A stretch of DNA of 40,828 bases. Origin: Terrimicrobiaceae bacterium. Its GTDB lineage: Bacteria; Verrucomicrobiota; Verrucomicrobiia; Chthoniobacterales; Terrimicrobiaceae. The DNA is taken from contig JBIIPZ010000030.1 of the NCBI GenBank assembly GCA_044342325.1, forward strand, positions 1 to 40,828, given 5' to 3'. Below are positions 17,028-26,005 of this stretch, in pieces. Position 1 is the first letter of the stretch. Every line of letters starts with the position of its first letter. The notes under the pieces were generated by a model. That model saw nothing but the letters and a program-made list of their open reading frames with translations, was not told the origin of the DNA and made no database searches. A program made the translations under genes and the position numbers.

Positions 17028-18700
17028 GCGGTGTTCCGTCCAACCGCACTTGGGGGCAGTCGCTCGTGGATGGGCTTTGCCAACTGGGCGCGGATCGGTT
17101 TTTTCTCAGCCCTGGAGCGCGCAGTGCCCCATTGGCCGCCGCCTTGAGCGGACACAATGTGACCACCCATTACGACGAACGCGGCATGGCCTTTGCCGCT
17201 CTGGGATGGGCGATGGCAACCGGACGCCCTGCCGTTTGCGTGACAACCAGCGGGTCTGCCGTGGCAAACCTCCTTCCCGCTTGCGTGGAAGCCTTCCACT
17301 CGAATGTGCCGCTCATCTTTCTGACAGCCGACCGTCCACCGGAATTGAGGGGCACGGGTGCAAACCAAACGATTCATCAGCCCGGTCTCTTCGGAGGGTT
17401 TGTCCGGTATGCCGTGGATTTGCCATGTGCCCAGGATGCCGGGGCCATGTCGCGTCTCGCTGGTGTGCTTTCGCAGGTTGTCGCGATAGCAATGGGGCCT
17501 CAGTCCGGGCCTGTGCATTTGAATGTCCCGATTCGCGAGCCTTTGCTCGAAAGCGGGATTGCGGCGCTTGATGAGAAAATCGAGTTTTCGAGGGTTGCGA
17601 ATTCATTTCCATTTGATTGGCCATCCGATTTCGATTTCCAGAGGTTCGCATCCGGTCGCGGCGTTGTTGTGATCGGTCGATTGCCTGTCGGGGAGCAGAA
17701 CAAGGTGGGTGCCATTTTGGATTTGGCAAAAAAATTGGGCTGGCCAGTCCTTGCGGATGCCGCTTCAGGAGTGCGTTTGCGGCCTGAGATCATTCGCCAT
17801 GCGGATTGGATTCTCCAGCGCCACGATGTGCCCGGGCCGGAGCGAGTCCTGCATTTCGGGGGCGCACTAGTTTCGAAGCGCATCGGGAAATGGTTGTCGG
17901 CATGTAGTGGAGCCGACTGCCTGCAGGTGCGGATGTTCCCCGAGCGGCTTGATCCTTGGAATCAGAATCCCGTTTTCCTCCGTGCTGGGATTCAGCCGTT
18001 TTGCGAATTGGTGAATTCATTCGCCCTGCCGATGCCAGTCGACACTTGGATCGAATCCTGGCGCCGGGCGGATGTGGCCGTCGGGGCCGCGATTGAGGCC
18101 GAGTTGCCCGCAGATGATGCTGTCAGTGAACCGGCGATTCTCCGTGCTTTAGCTGATGTCGCCGCCGAGACAAATTGGCCAGTGTTCCTTGGAAATTCCA
18201 TGCCGATCCGGGATTTTGATTCCTGTGTGTCTGCGGTTTCGAATGATGTGGTCAATGTTTTTGCCAACCGGGGAGCCAGTGGAATCGATGGGAATATCGC
18301 CACTGTGGCTGGACTGGCTCTGGGCTGCGTGTCTCCTCTTCTGGCCGTCATGGGTGACCTTGCCGCACTGCACGACTTGAATTCACTTCCGCTCCTGCAT
18401 GGATTGTCCGTCACGCTGGTGATTATCAATAATGGGGGGGGCGGCATTTTCCGTTTTCTACCGCTCGATGTGGAGGAGAGATTGCTGGAAACTCCCCATG
18501 CATGGGAATTTCGCGGAGCCGCACAGCAGTTTGGCATCGAATACCACCAAGTGGCCTCGCTTTCGGAACTACGCAGATTTCTCGCAGAGCGCCATGTCGC
18601 GCCTCGAATCCTCGAGTGCCGCACAGACCGCACTGAGAATCACGCTCTCCACCTTCGCATCGCCGAATCTTGTCGTTCGCTTCCTTTGTCATGGAGCTGA
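17024..18700 (+). CDS. menD: SEPHCHC synthase
   Basis: SPGARSAPL, DERGMAF, TTSGSAVANL, TADRPPEL, NRGASGIDG, GDLAALHDLN and NNGGGGIF. ATGA overlap with menF. Confidence 0.96.
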   Translation: MSGVPSNRTWGQSLVDGLCQLGADRFFLSPGARSAPLAAALSGHNVTTHYDERGMAFAALGWAMATGRPAVCVTTSGSAVANLLPACVEAFHSNVPLIFLTADRPPELRGTGANQTIHQPGLFGGFVRYAVDLPCAQDAGAMSRLAGVLSQVVAIAMGPQSGPVHLNVPIREPLLESGIAALDEKIEFSRVANSFPFDWPSDFDFQRFASGRGVVVIGRLPVGEQNKVGAILDLAKKLGWPVLADAASGVRLRPEIIRHADWILQRHDVPGPERVLHFGGALVSKRIGKWLSACSGADCLQVRMFPERLDPWNQNPVFLRAGIQPFCELVNSFALPMPVDTWIESWRRADVAVGAAIEAELPADDAVSEPAILRALADVAAETNWPVFLGNSMPIRDFDSCVSAVSNDVVNVFANRGASGIDGNIATVAGLALGCVSPLLAVMGDLAALHDLNSLPLLHGLSVTLVIINNGGGGIFRFLPLDVEERLLETPHAWEFRGAAQQFGIEYHQVASLSELRRFLAERHVAPRILECRTDRTENHALHLRIAESCRSLPLSWS

Positions 18701-19488
18701 AATTCCGCACGCTCGGCACCGGCAGTCGAGTTCTGCTCTGCCTTCACGGGTTCTTGGGCGAAGGGAGTGATTGGGAGAAATTTGCAGATGCATTCCTCGT
18801 GCACTCGCCGGACTGGCAACTCGCCCTGATCGACCTGCCGGGCCATTCTGACGAGGAAGCTGGCTGGCTTTGTCCGACGGTGGCTGAATTTTCTCAATCC
18901 ATGGGTGACTTGGTGTTCGCCGAAGGGTGGGGGACAGCGGCGATTGCTGGATATTCTTTGGGTGGGCGTCTGGGGCTTCAGACGGCTCTTTCTTTTCCTG
19001 AGGTCTTTCCGGTTTTTATCGGAATCTCCACCACAGCTGGAATCGATGATGAGGAAGAGCGCACACGCCGGGTGGATTCCGATGCGGCCCTCGCCAAGCG
19101 GCTCCGCTCGGGCGCCGATTTTGACGGTTTTCTCCGCGAGTGGTGGCATCAACCGGTCTTTGCATCCCCTGCTCGGGTGGGTGACGATGTGGAAAATTTT
19201 GTGACCTCCCGCCAACGGCGTGACCCTATCCGCATGGCGGCGTGTCTCGAGACTTGGAGCTCCGGCAAGATGCCTTCGCAATGGTCTGCCTTACCTGATT
19301 ATCCGGGTCGCGCCCTGCTGCTCAGCGGCGAGGTCGATACAAAATACATAACGACCGCTGAGCGAATGCAGGCTGGATTTCAGAATGCCAAGCACTTCGT
19401 CGTTCACGGAGTCGGACATCAGATTCTCATGGAAAAGCCCCAAGAAGTGGCCCTCGCCATGGCTGCTTTTCTAAACCAGCGCGAGTGA
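18691..19488 (+). CDS. menH: SHCHC synthase (alpha/beta hydrolase)
   Basis: LHGFLG, DLPGH and nucleophile GYSLGGR; overlaps the menD 3' end. Confidence 0.88.
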   Translation: MELKFRTLGTGSRVLLCLHGFLGEGSDWEKFADAFLVHSPDWQLALIDLPGHSDEEAGWLCPTVAEFSQSMGDLVFAEGWGTAAIAGYSLGGRLGLQTALSFPEVFPVFIGISTTAGIDDEEERTRRVDSDAALAKRLRSGADFDGFLREWWHQPVFASPARVGDDVENFVTSRQRRDPIRMAACLETWSSGKMPSQWSALPDYPGRALLLSGEVDTKYITTAERMQAGFQNAKHFVVHGVGHQILMEKPQEVALAMAAFLNQRE

Positions 19489-20028
19489 CCTCGCGCGGCA
19501 GTGCGATTGTTTAAATTGGAGGGTCATCGTCCCGCATGGCCCAAATATTGATCACGGAGGCTGCAAAACCACTCACGGACACCACCACGCCCAAAACCGC
19601 CCGAACCACACCTGTAACAATTATCGGTTCACCAGATTTTCTTGCCCGTTGGTATGTCTTACACTGCTAAAGTTCGAAATCCGGTCGGATCAATTGACCT
19701 GCAAAATAGAGAGGGTGAAACCGCATTCGTTCTTCTACCAGCCTTGCGGGCGGGCGTGAGGAAAGAATGACTCCCGTGGGGCAGTTTGGATAATTCTGCA
19801 AAAAACGATGAAGGCTTCGCTGCCCCAACGATCGCTTTGGCCGCTTCAGACATGTGGATATTGTTTCTCAGGGTAAACAATTTAGAAATGAAGTGTTTTT
19901 TTAAAGAAACGAAACCTCATCGCTTCTCAGAAGGGAGCACGCTTGTCTCGAGCGTGGATTGCAAAAGCCTGGCAACCTCATCTTTGCTCAAGTGCCGCAC
20001 TCCGCCTGCACGCTGGAATGCGCGGGGT

Positions 20029-20811
20029 TTACTTTTGAATCCGGAAGGCGCCTGTTTGTTTGTCGGGGTTGCTTTCCTTCATGATGAAGGGGATGCCTTT
20101 GAGCCAGAGGCGGAGGGCTTCCCAGTGGATGAGGAAGATGATTTTCAGGGTGACGAGGGGGAATGCGAGGGTGAGTCGGGCGAGGTTGGAGGTGGTGAGT
20201 TCTGTCCGCTTGCCGGTGAGGGTGCTGATGAGGTTTTTTTTGTCGCCTTGATAGTTGTCGATCGCGATGTGGAGGTGCTGGCCGGGGTTTTTGAAGCGGA
20301 AGTCAAACGCGAGGTCGAGCGCGGAGAAGGGGGAGACATAGTAGTTTTTCGGCACTCGGATGTGGAAGCCATTGCCGGACTCGTCGAGCGAGACGAGGTA
20401 GGGCTTGAGTTCGCCGAAGGTATTGCCGACTTGAACGACGGATGTGAGCGGGCGGTTTTCCGAGTCGAAGCAGAAAAAAATGGAGATCGGGTTGAAGGTG
20501 TAGCCGAGCATGCGGGGGAGTGTGAGGAGGCGGATGCGGGCGGGACGTGCGGAGATGTTTTGGGTTTGGAGAAAGGTCTCAAGATTCGCGCGGAGGCCGC
20601 GTGAGTGGAATTGGAAGTAATCCTCGTTGCGGAGCGAGTAGAGATTCGGTTCCTCCGCGCTGAAGATCGGCACGGTGCGGGTGAGCGAGGGGATTTCGTC
20701 GAGATCGAGGAGGAATAGGAAAATCCGGTAAACGAACTCGTGTGGCTTAGGGTGCAGTCTGCGGTGCATCACAGTGCACTCGTAGAGGCAGGATGCCGCC
20801 GGGTGGTTCAT
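20029..20811 (-). CDS. DUF1365 family protein
   Basis: VMHRRLHP, LLTLPRMLGYTFNPISIFFC, NTFGE, KNYYVSPF and IHWEALRLWLKG. ATGA overlap with the upstream gene. Confidence 0.9.
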   Translation of the reverse strand: MNHPAASCLYECTVMHRRLHPKPHEFVYRIFLFLLDLDEIPSLTRTVPIFSAEEPNLYSLRNEDYFQFHSRGLRANLETFLQTQNISARPARIRLLTLPRMLGYTFNPISIFFCFDSENRPLTSVVQVGNTFGELKPYLVSLDESGNGFHIRVPKNYYVSPFSALDLAFDFRFKNPGQHLHIAIDNYQGDKKNLISTLTGKRTELTTSNLARLTLAFPLVTLKIIFLIHWEALRLWLKGIPFIMKESNPDKQTGAFRIQK

Positions 20812-22079
20812 TGGCCGAGGAGCGGGCGCAGCACGGCGGTGAGGTCCACGGCGGAGCTGTAGGCGTCCTCGTGAAACCCATGCCGGAAGTAGCTTCCGCA
20901 AAAGAAAATTCGTTGCCGTGGCGAGCGGGTGTTTAGCGTCGGGAGTTCATGCTGGGCTTCCATGGCGCGCAGCGTGAAGACGGGGTGCTCGTAGTCGGTC
21001 TGGTAGAGGACGGCCTCGGGGCGGATTTTGTCGGCGCCGTTCACGGAGACAAAGTAGTCGCGGGTTTTGCTGACGCCTTGAAGGGCGTTCATCCAGTAGT
21101 GAGTGGTCGCCTCGCGGTCGCCGTGGGCATCCTGCTCGACTCGGTAGTTCCAGGACGCCCAGGCTCGACGGATGCGTGGCATGACGGAGTGGTCTGTATG
21201 AAGCGTGGCGGTGTTTTTTTGATATCCGAACGCGCCCAGCAGGCGGCATTGGGCTTCATCGGGCGCAGCCAGCATGGCGAGGGCCTCGTCGGCATGGGCG
21301 GCGATGATGACGCGATCGAACTCGCACACTGTTCCATCCTCGATGCACACGGTGGCCGAGATTTCGGATTCCTTCACTTCGACGGCCTTGGCGGGGAGTT
21401 GGACGGGGCGAAGATGGGCGAGGAGCTTGTCTCTGTAGCTGCGCGAGCCTCCGCTGACGGTGAACCATGGGTGGTGGGTCGTGACTCCGAGAAATCCGTG
21501 GTTTTGAAAAAAGCGGATGAGGCTCAATGCAGGGAAATCGAGCATCTGGCGCGGATCGGTGGACCAGACCGCAGAGCTCATCGGGATAAGGTAGAGGTTG
21601 AGGAAATCGACGCCCAAGGCGTTCCGGTGCACAAATTCGCCGACGGTGCAGTTCAGCGAGTCGGGTTTTTCCAGAAGTGCGCGGGCGACACGGAAGAAGC
21701 GCAGGATTTGGAAAACGAGGGCATGAAAGCGCGGGTTAAGGATGTTGCCGCGCTGGGCGAAAAGTTTGTCGAGCCCCATACCATTGTATTCAAGGCCGCT
21801 CGGCACGTGCTGGACGCTGAAGGACATTTCCGAGGGCTTTGTCTCGACGCCGAGTTCCTCGAAGAGCCGCACCAGATTGGGGTATGTGGCATGGTTGAAG
21901 ACGATGAATCCTGTATCAATCGGGATTTCGCGTCCGTTTTCCTCCACCGTCACGGTGTTCGTGTGTCCACCGGGCCGAGCCTCGCGTTCGATGAGTGTGA
22001 TGTCGGCATGGTTGCGGAGTTGCCACGCCGCTCCCATGCCGGCGATGCCAGAGCCGATGATGCCGATGCGTTCTCTCAC
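20808..22079 (-). CDS. FAD-dependent oxidoreductase (amine-oxidase-like, COG2907 type)
   Basis: IGIIGSGIAG, GGHTNT, IDTGFIVFNHATYPNL, WASWNY and FCGSYFRHGFHEDA. GTG start overlaps the desaturase stop. Confidence 0.9.
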   Translation of the reverse strand: MRERIGIIGSGIAGMGAAWQLRNHADITLIEREARPGGHTNTVTVEENGREIPIDTGFIVFNHATYPNLVRLFEELGVETKPSEMSFSVQHVPSGLEYNGMGLDKLFAQRGNILNPRFHALVFQILRFFRVARALLEKPDSLNCTVGEFVHRNALGVDFLNLYLIPMSSAVWSTDPRQMLDFPALSLIRFFQNHGFLGVTTHHPWFTVSGGSRSYRDKLLAHLRPVQLPAKAVEVKESEISATVCIEDGTVCEFDRVIIAAHADEALAMLAAPDEAQCRLLGAFGYQKNTATLHTDHSVMPRIRRAWASWNYRVEQDAHGDREATTHYWMNALQGVSKTRDYFVSVNGADKIRPEAVLYQTDYEHPVFTLRAMEAQHELPTLNTRSPRQRIFFCGSYFRHGFHEDAYSSAVDLTAVLRPLLGQ

Positions 22080-23032
22080 TGGCGTGTGGGTTGCTCGACC
22101 GGGGCTTTGTCGTAAATGCGGGCTGGAACTCCCTTGATGTCCCACACGAGACCAAATGTGCTGAGCAGGCGGATTACATAGTAGGAGATGTCGATTTCCC
22201 ACCAAAAGAAACCCTGCCGTGCGGAGGATTGGAAGTGGTGGTGGTTGTTGTGCCAGCCCTCACCGAGTGTCAGCAGCGCAAGAAGCAAGCTGTTCCGGCT
22301 TTCATCACCCGTATTGAAGCGTTTTTTTCCGAAGCAATGCGTGAGTGAATTGATGGTGCAAGTGGCATGGAACAAAACTGTGGTGCTGATGAAAAATCCC
22401 CAGATGACCATTTGCCATGGTGAGGTTCCAAGTCCGGGTGCAAAGGCTTCCAGTGAGGCTCCGAAGCCGTAGAGACCGGTAAACAAAAGCGCCGGGCCGA
22501 TCAAGTCGAAGCGGTTCAGGAAAACCAGCTCGGGATATCTTGCGAGATCCTTCACGCGGTCGTAGTCGGTGGGGAAATTCCTGCTGCTGGTCAACCAGCC
22601 AATGTGGGACCAAAGGAAACCCTTCATGCCGGGGGAGTGGACGTCGTGCTCGTCATCCGAGTGCCTGTGGTGGTGGCGGTGCACGGATGCCCACCAGAGA
22701 GGGCCGCGTTGCACGGCGGTGAGACCAAGAAGGGCGAAGAGGAATTGGGTGATCCGCGAGGTGTGGTAGGCGCGGTGGCAGAAGTAGCGGTGGTAGATAG
22801 CTGTCACAGCAAACATGCGGGTGAAATACAGCACCACGGCAGTGATGACGGCCGCCCAGCTCCAGCCTGTCCAGATGACGCCGAGGCAACCGAGATGCAG
22901 GATGATAAAAGGAATAGCCCGCGAGAATTCAAAGCGCTCTGGCATCTCACGCACTTTCTCAGCGCCAGCGGGAAAGTAATCCGAGTCGATGGCGCGGATG
23001 AAAGGTGCGAATAGTTTTTTTAAAACGGGCAT
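22076..23032 (-). CDS. Acyl-CoA/acyl-lipid delta-9-type desaturase
   Basis: His boxes HRYFCH, HRHHH and GEGWHNNHH; WWEIDISY. Alternative TTG start at 23041 overlaps the parB stop. Confidence 0.92.
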   Translation of the reverse strand: MPVLKKLFAPFIRAIDSDYFPAGAEKVREMPERFEFSRAIPFIILHLGCLGVIWTGWSWAAVITAVVLYFTRMFAVTAIYHRYFCHRAYHTSRITQFLFALLGLTAVQRGPLWWASVHRHHHRHSDDEHDVHSPGMKGFLWSHIGWLTSSRNFPTDYDRVKDLARYPELVFLNRFDLIGPALLFTGLYGFGASLEAFAPGLGTSPWQMVIWGFFISTTVLFHATCTINSLTHCFGKKRFNTGDESRNSLLLALLTLGEGWHNNHHHFQSSARQGFFWWEIDISYYVIRLLSTFGLVWDIKGVPARIYDKAPVEQPTRQ

Positions 23033-23037
23033 TGGTA

Positions 23038-23925
23038 TCAATCCTCCTCGAGGCCGAGCAAATCAAGAATTCGGTTCAGGTCGTCTGTGCCGTAATATTC
23101 GATCTGGATGTGACCCTTCTTTTCGGAGTGGTTCACTTGAACGCGGGTGGCAAGTCGGTGGGTGAGGAGGTTTTGGACGCGTTGAATGGCGGGAGCGGGC
23201 TCGGTGGTGACTCCAGTGCCGTTGCGGCGTGGTCGGGTGATGCCGGTATCCGCCAACTTTTGCGCGGCCATTTTTTCCGCGATTCGCACGGAGAGGCTTC
23301 CTCGGACGATCTGGTCGGCGAGCCATTTCTGTTCGCTGTGGTTTTTTAGCGAGAGGAGGACTTTGGCGTGTCCTACAGAAATCCGGCCGTGTTTGAGAAG
23401 CGATTGCGCATCGGACTCCAAGTCGAGTAGTCGCATCGCATTCGCTACCGAGGCCCGGCTTTTGCCGACGCGGCGGGAGATTTCCTCCTGCGTGAGGCTG
23501 AATTCTTGGTGAAGCCTGGCGTAGGCTGCGGCCTCTTCGATCGGGTTCAGGCCTTCGCGCTGGAGATTTTCGATGAGGGCGAGTTCCAGCACTTCACGGT
23601 CGCTGGCTTCGCGAACGATGACGGGAACATCCGCGAGACCGACTTCTTTTGCCGCCCGCCAGCGGCGTTCGCCGGCGATGAGTTCATAGACTCCATTCGA
23701 CTGTCGGACGATGAGTGGCTGGATGATGCCGCGTTCCCGGATGCTCTCGACCAGTTCGTGCAATTGATCCGAGGAAAAATCCACGCGCGGTTGAAGCGGG
23801 CTGGGGGTAATGTTCGCAAGCGGGAGCCTTTGGATTCTCTCGCCGTGTTCTTCAATTGGGGCCGGACTGGCCACGCGCTTGTTAATGAGTGCGCCGAGGC
23901 CCTTGCCGAGTGCTTGCTTTGCCAT
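23038..23925 (-). CDS. parB: Chromosome partitioning protein ParB/Spo0J
   Basis: ALGKGLGALI, LIAGERRWRAA, ALIENLQREGLNPIEEA and HTH KSRASVANAMRLL. Confidence 0.96.
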   Translation of the reverse strand: MAKQALGKGLGALINKRVASPAPIEEHGERIQRLPLANITPSPLQPRVDFSSDQLHELVESIRERGIIQPLIVRQSNGVYELIAGERRWRAAKEVGLADVPVIVREASDREVLELALIENLQREGLNPIEEAAAYARLHQEFSLTQEEISRRVGKSRASVANAMRLLDLESDAQSLLKHGRISVGHAKVLLSLKNHSEQKWLADQIVRGSLSVRIAEKMAAQKLADTGITRPRRNGTGVTTEPAPAIQRVQNLLTHRLATRVQVNHSEKKGHIQIEYYGTDDLNRILDLLGLEED

Positions 23926-23999
23926 GGATGCGGAGCCTAAACATGGAGCCAGTCGCCGACAAGTAGAAGGCGCGTTTCATTTTTTTCAAACCAGGCCCA

Positions 24000-24659
24000 A
24001 TGCCAAAAATACTTAGCCGTCTTCAGCTCTGGGAGGATTCCTCGACGCGCACACCTGCCGGGCAGATGGCGTGTGACGAGGCGCTATTGCATTTTTGCGA
24101 GATGCCGGTTTTGCGTGTCTATCGTTGGGCCGCGCCTGCGGTGACATTTGGATACGCACAGAGGCTTGCGGCGGTTGAGCCCTTGGCGCGCAGATTGCCC
24201 CTCATGCGTCGATGGAGTGGGGGCGGGATGGTTTTTCACGGCAGCGATGTCACGCTGGCGCTGGCGATTCCCGCTTCAGAAGCGGCGGCATCCGGCAGCT
24301 CGCGGGATATCTACAGTGCGATCCACGAGATCCTGCTTCCAGCGATTCAAAAATACCTTCCGGATGCGCGTTCGGTGCTCCCAGAGGAATGCCGTTGCGG
24401 GCCTGTTTGTTTTGAGAGTCCCGTGGCTTTTGACATCATCGCTGGCGCCTCAAAAATCTGCGGCGGAGCCCTCCGGCGCTCGAAAGCGGGCGTTCTTTAT
24501 CAAGGTTCGCTTCATCTGCTGGGTGCGGACCCAGCTGAAATCGCCAACTCGCTTGCAGCCGAAGTTTCCCGCTTTGAAGAAGCCAACTCGCTGGACCCGC
24601 TCATCGAAAATCTTACTTCCGGCAAATACGAAACCCCGGCGTGGTTGGCGATGCGCTGA
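24000..24659 (+). CDS. Lipoate-protein ligase family protein (BPL/LplA/LipB catalytic domain)
   Basis: MACDEALL, LRVYRW, RRWSGGGMVFH, KICGGA and LYQGSL. Confidence 0.82.
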   Translation: MPKILSRLQLWEDSSTRTPAGQMACDEALLHFCEMPVLRVYRWAAPAVTFGYAQRLAAVEPLARRLPLMRRWSGGGMVFHGSDVTLALAIPASEAAASGSSRDIYSAIHEILLPAIQKYLPDARSVLPEECRCGPVCFESPVAFDIIAGASKICGGALRRSKAGVLYQGSLHLLGADPAEIANSLAAEVSRFEEANSLDPLIENLTSGKYETPAWLAMR

Positions 24660-24690
24660 GTGATGTGAGGAGATCAATGTCCCAAACTCT

Positions 24691-25311
24691 ATGGCAATAA
24701 TCGGCATCACCGGCGGCATAGCCTCGGGCAAATCAACTTTCAGCCGCGCCTTAGCTGAAATCCGGGGAGCGAGCATTTTCGATTCCGATGCCTGTGCCCG
24801 CGAGCTTCTCGATTCCGATCCCTCCGTGCGCGACGCCGTGATTCGCGACATTCTGCCCACGGCGTATCGAGCGGATGGAACGCCGGACCGCTCTGCCATT
24901 CGGGCTCTTGTTTTTTCAGATCCTGCAGCCAAAGCCCGACTCGAAGCGATTCTGCATCCCCTTGTTCGCACCCAGAGGCAGGCTCTGGCCTATCAAGCGA
25001 GAGCCGATGGGCTCGATCTGCTGGTGGATATTCCACTCCTTTTTGAAACCAGCGCCTCGTCTGAATTTGATCTCGTAGTGACAGTCGCCTGCTCCCCGGA
25101 AATTCAGGCACGGCGCGCCATGACGAGAGGTCTGACACTGGCCCAGGTGGAGCAAATCGTGGCCTCGCAGTGGGGCAGCGCGCAAAAAATAGCTCAGTCG
25201 GATTTTGTCATTTGGAATGATGGCTCCCTGTTGATGCTTCAGGCTCAGGCGGAGGAACTGGCCGCCCGCTTGGAATCGAGGGCGCGAAAAATAAAGCCTT
25301 CGGTTTCTTGA
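24691..25311 (+). CDS. coaE: Dephospho-CoA kinase
   Basis: IGITGGIASGKST, LEAILHPLV and DIPLLFE. Confidence 0.95.
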   Translation: MAIIGITGGIASGKSTFSRALAEIRGASIFDSDACARELLDSDPSVRDAVIRDILPTAYRADGTPDRSAIRALVFSDPAAKARLEAILHPLVRTQRQALAYQARADGLDLLVDIPLLFETSASSEFDLVVTVACSPEIQARRAMTRGLTLAQVEQIVASQWGSAQKIAQSDFVIWNDGSLLMLQAQAEELAARLESRARKIKPSVS

Positions 25312-25335
25312 CATCCTTTCCACACCCGATAGTTT
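25308..25335 (+). promoter_or_regulatory. sigma70-type promoter of rplI (TTGACA-16-TAGTTT)
   Basis: Perfect -35 overlapping the coaE stop; -10 at 25330-25335. Confidence 0.6.
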
Positions 25336-25362
25336 CTCCCCTCCGTTCACAAAATTGATCCT

Positions 25363-25893
25363 ATGGCATTCACAGAAGTCATTCTTACCGCAAATATTCC
25401 TAAGCTCGGCGCAGAGGCCGACATCGTCAAAGTCCGCCGTGGCTTCGCCCGCAACTTTCTCTATCCCCAAGGCAAGGCCCTTGAAATCACTGCCGGATCC
25501 CTCCGTCAGATCAACCATCTCAAAGCCAAGCGCGCCGAGCGTGAGGCCCGCGAGGTGACCGCTGCCGAGGAAATCGCTTCCAAGATTAACAAACTCTCGA
25601 TCAGCTTCACGCTGGATGCCGGAGCAACAGGCAAGGCCTTCGGTTCTGTCACTGCGAAAGACATCCACGACCGCATCACTGCCGATCTCAAACTCGAAGA
25701 CCTTCCCAAGCACGCTGTCGTTCTTGAGAAGGCCATCAAGGAAAGCGGCGCCCACACTGTGGCCGTCAAGCTCCACCCTGATGTCACAGCAAACCTCAAG
25801 ATCGAGGTTAAGGTGAACGCTCCTGCAGTCGAGGAACCGACCGAAGCGGCTCCGGAAAAGAAATATCGCCGCAAAGTCACCACCGAGGCCTGA
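25363..25893 (+). CDS. rplI: 50S ribosomal protein L9
   Basis: VKVRRGFARNFLYPQGKA, GKAFGSVT and KLHPDV. Confidence 0.97.
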   Translation: MAFTEVILTANIPKLGAEADIVKVRRGFARNFLYPQGKALEITAGSLRQINHLKAKRAEREAREVTAAEEIASKINKLSISFTLDAGATGKAFGSVTAKDIHDRITADLKLEDLPKHAVVLEKAIKESGAHTVAVKLHPDVTANLKIEVKVNAPAVEEPTEAAPEKKYRRKVTTEA

Positions 25894-25927
25894 TTTTTCA
25901 GCCCCGCGCAATCATTTCAAATTCACC

Positions 25928-25975
25928 ATGAGGCCGTGCGTGGAAGTTATCTTTCCGTCCGGCCTCATTCTTTTC
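25928..25975 (+). terminator. Terminator-like hairpin between rplI and dnaB
   Basis: atgaggccg...cggcctcat 9-bp outer stem with inner pairing, followed by tcttttc. Confidence 0.5.
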
Positions 25976-26005
25976 CCCAAGCTCTTAAGTTTTTCCTGAT
26001 CGACC

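Noticed and set aside
19785..19910. Possible oriC (two 8/9 DnaA-box matches at 19785-19793 and 19853-19861 plus an AT patch, near parB/dnaB)
   Set aside because: Too few boxes, no perfect box, no dnaA/dnaN nearby; GC-skew analysis would be needed
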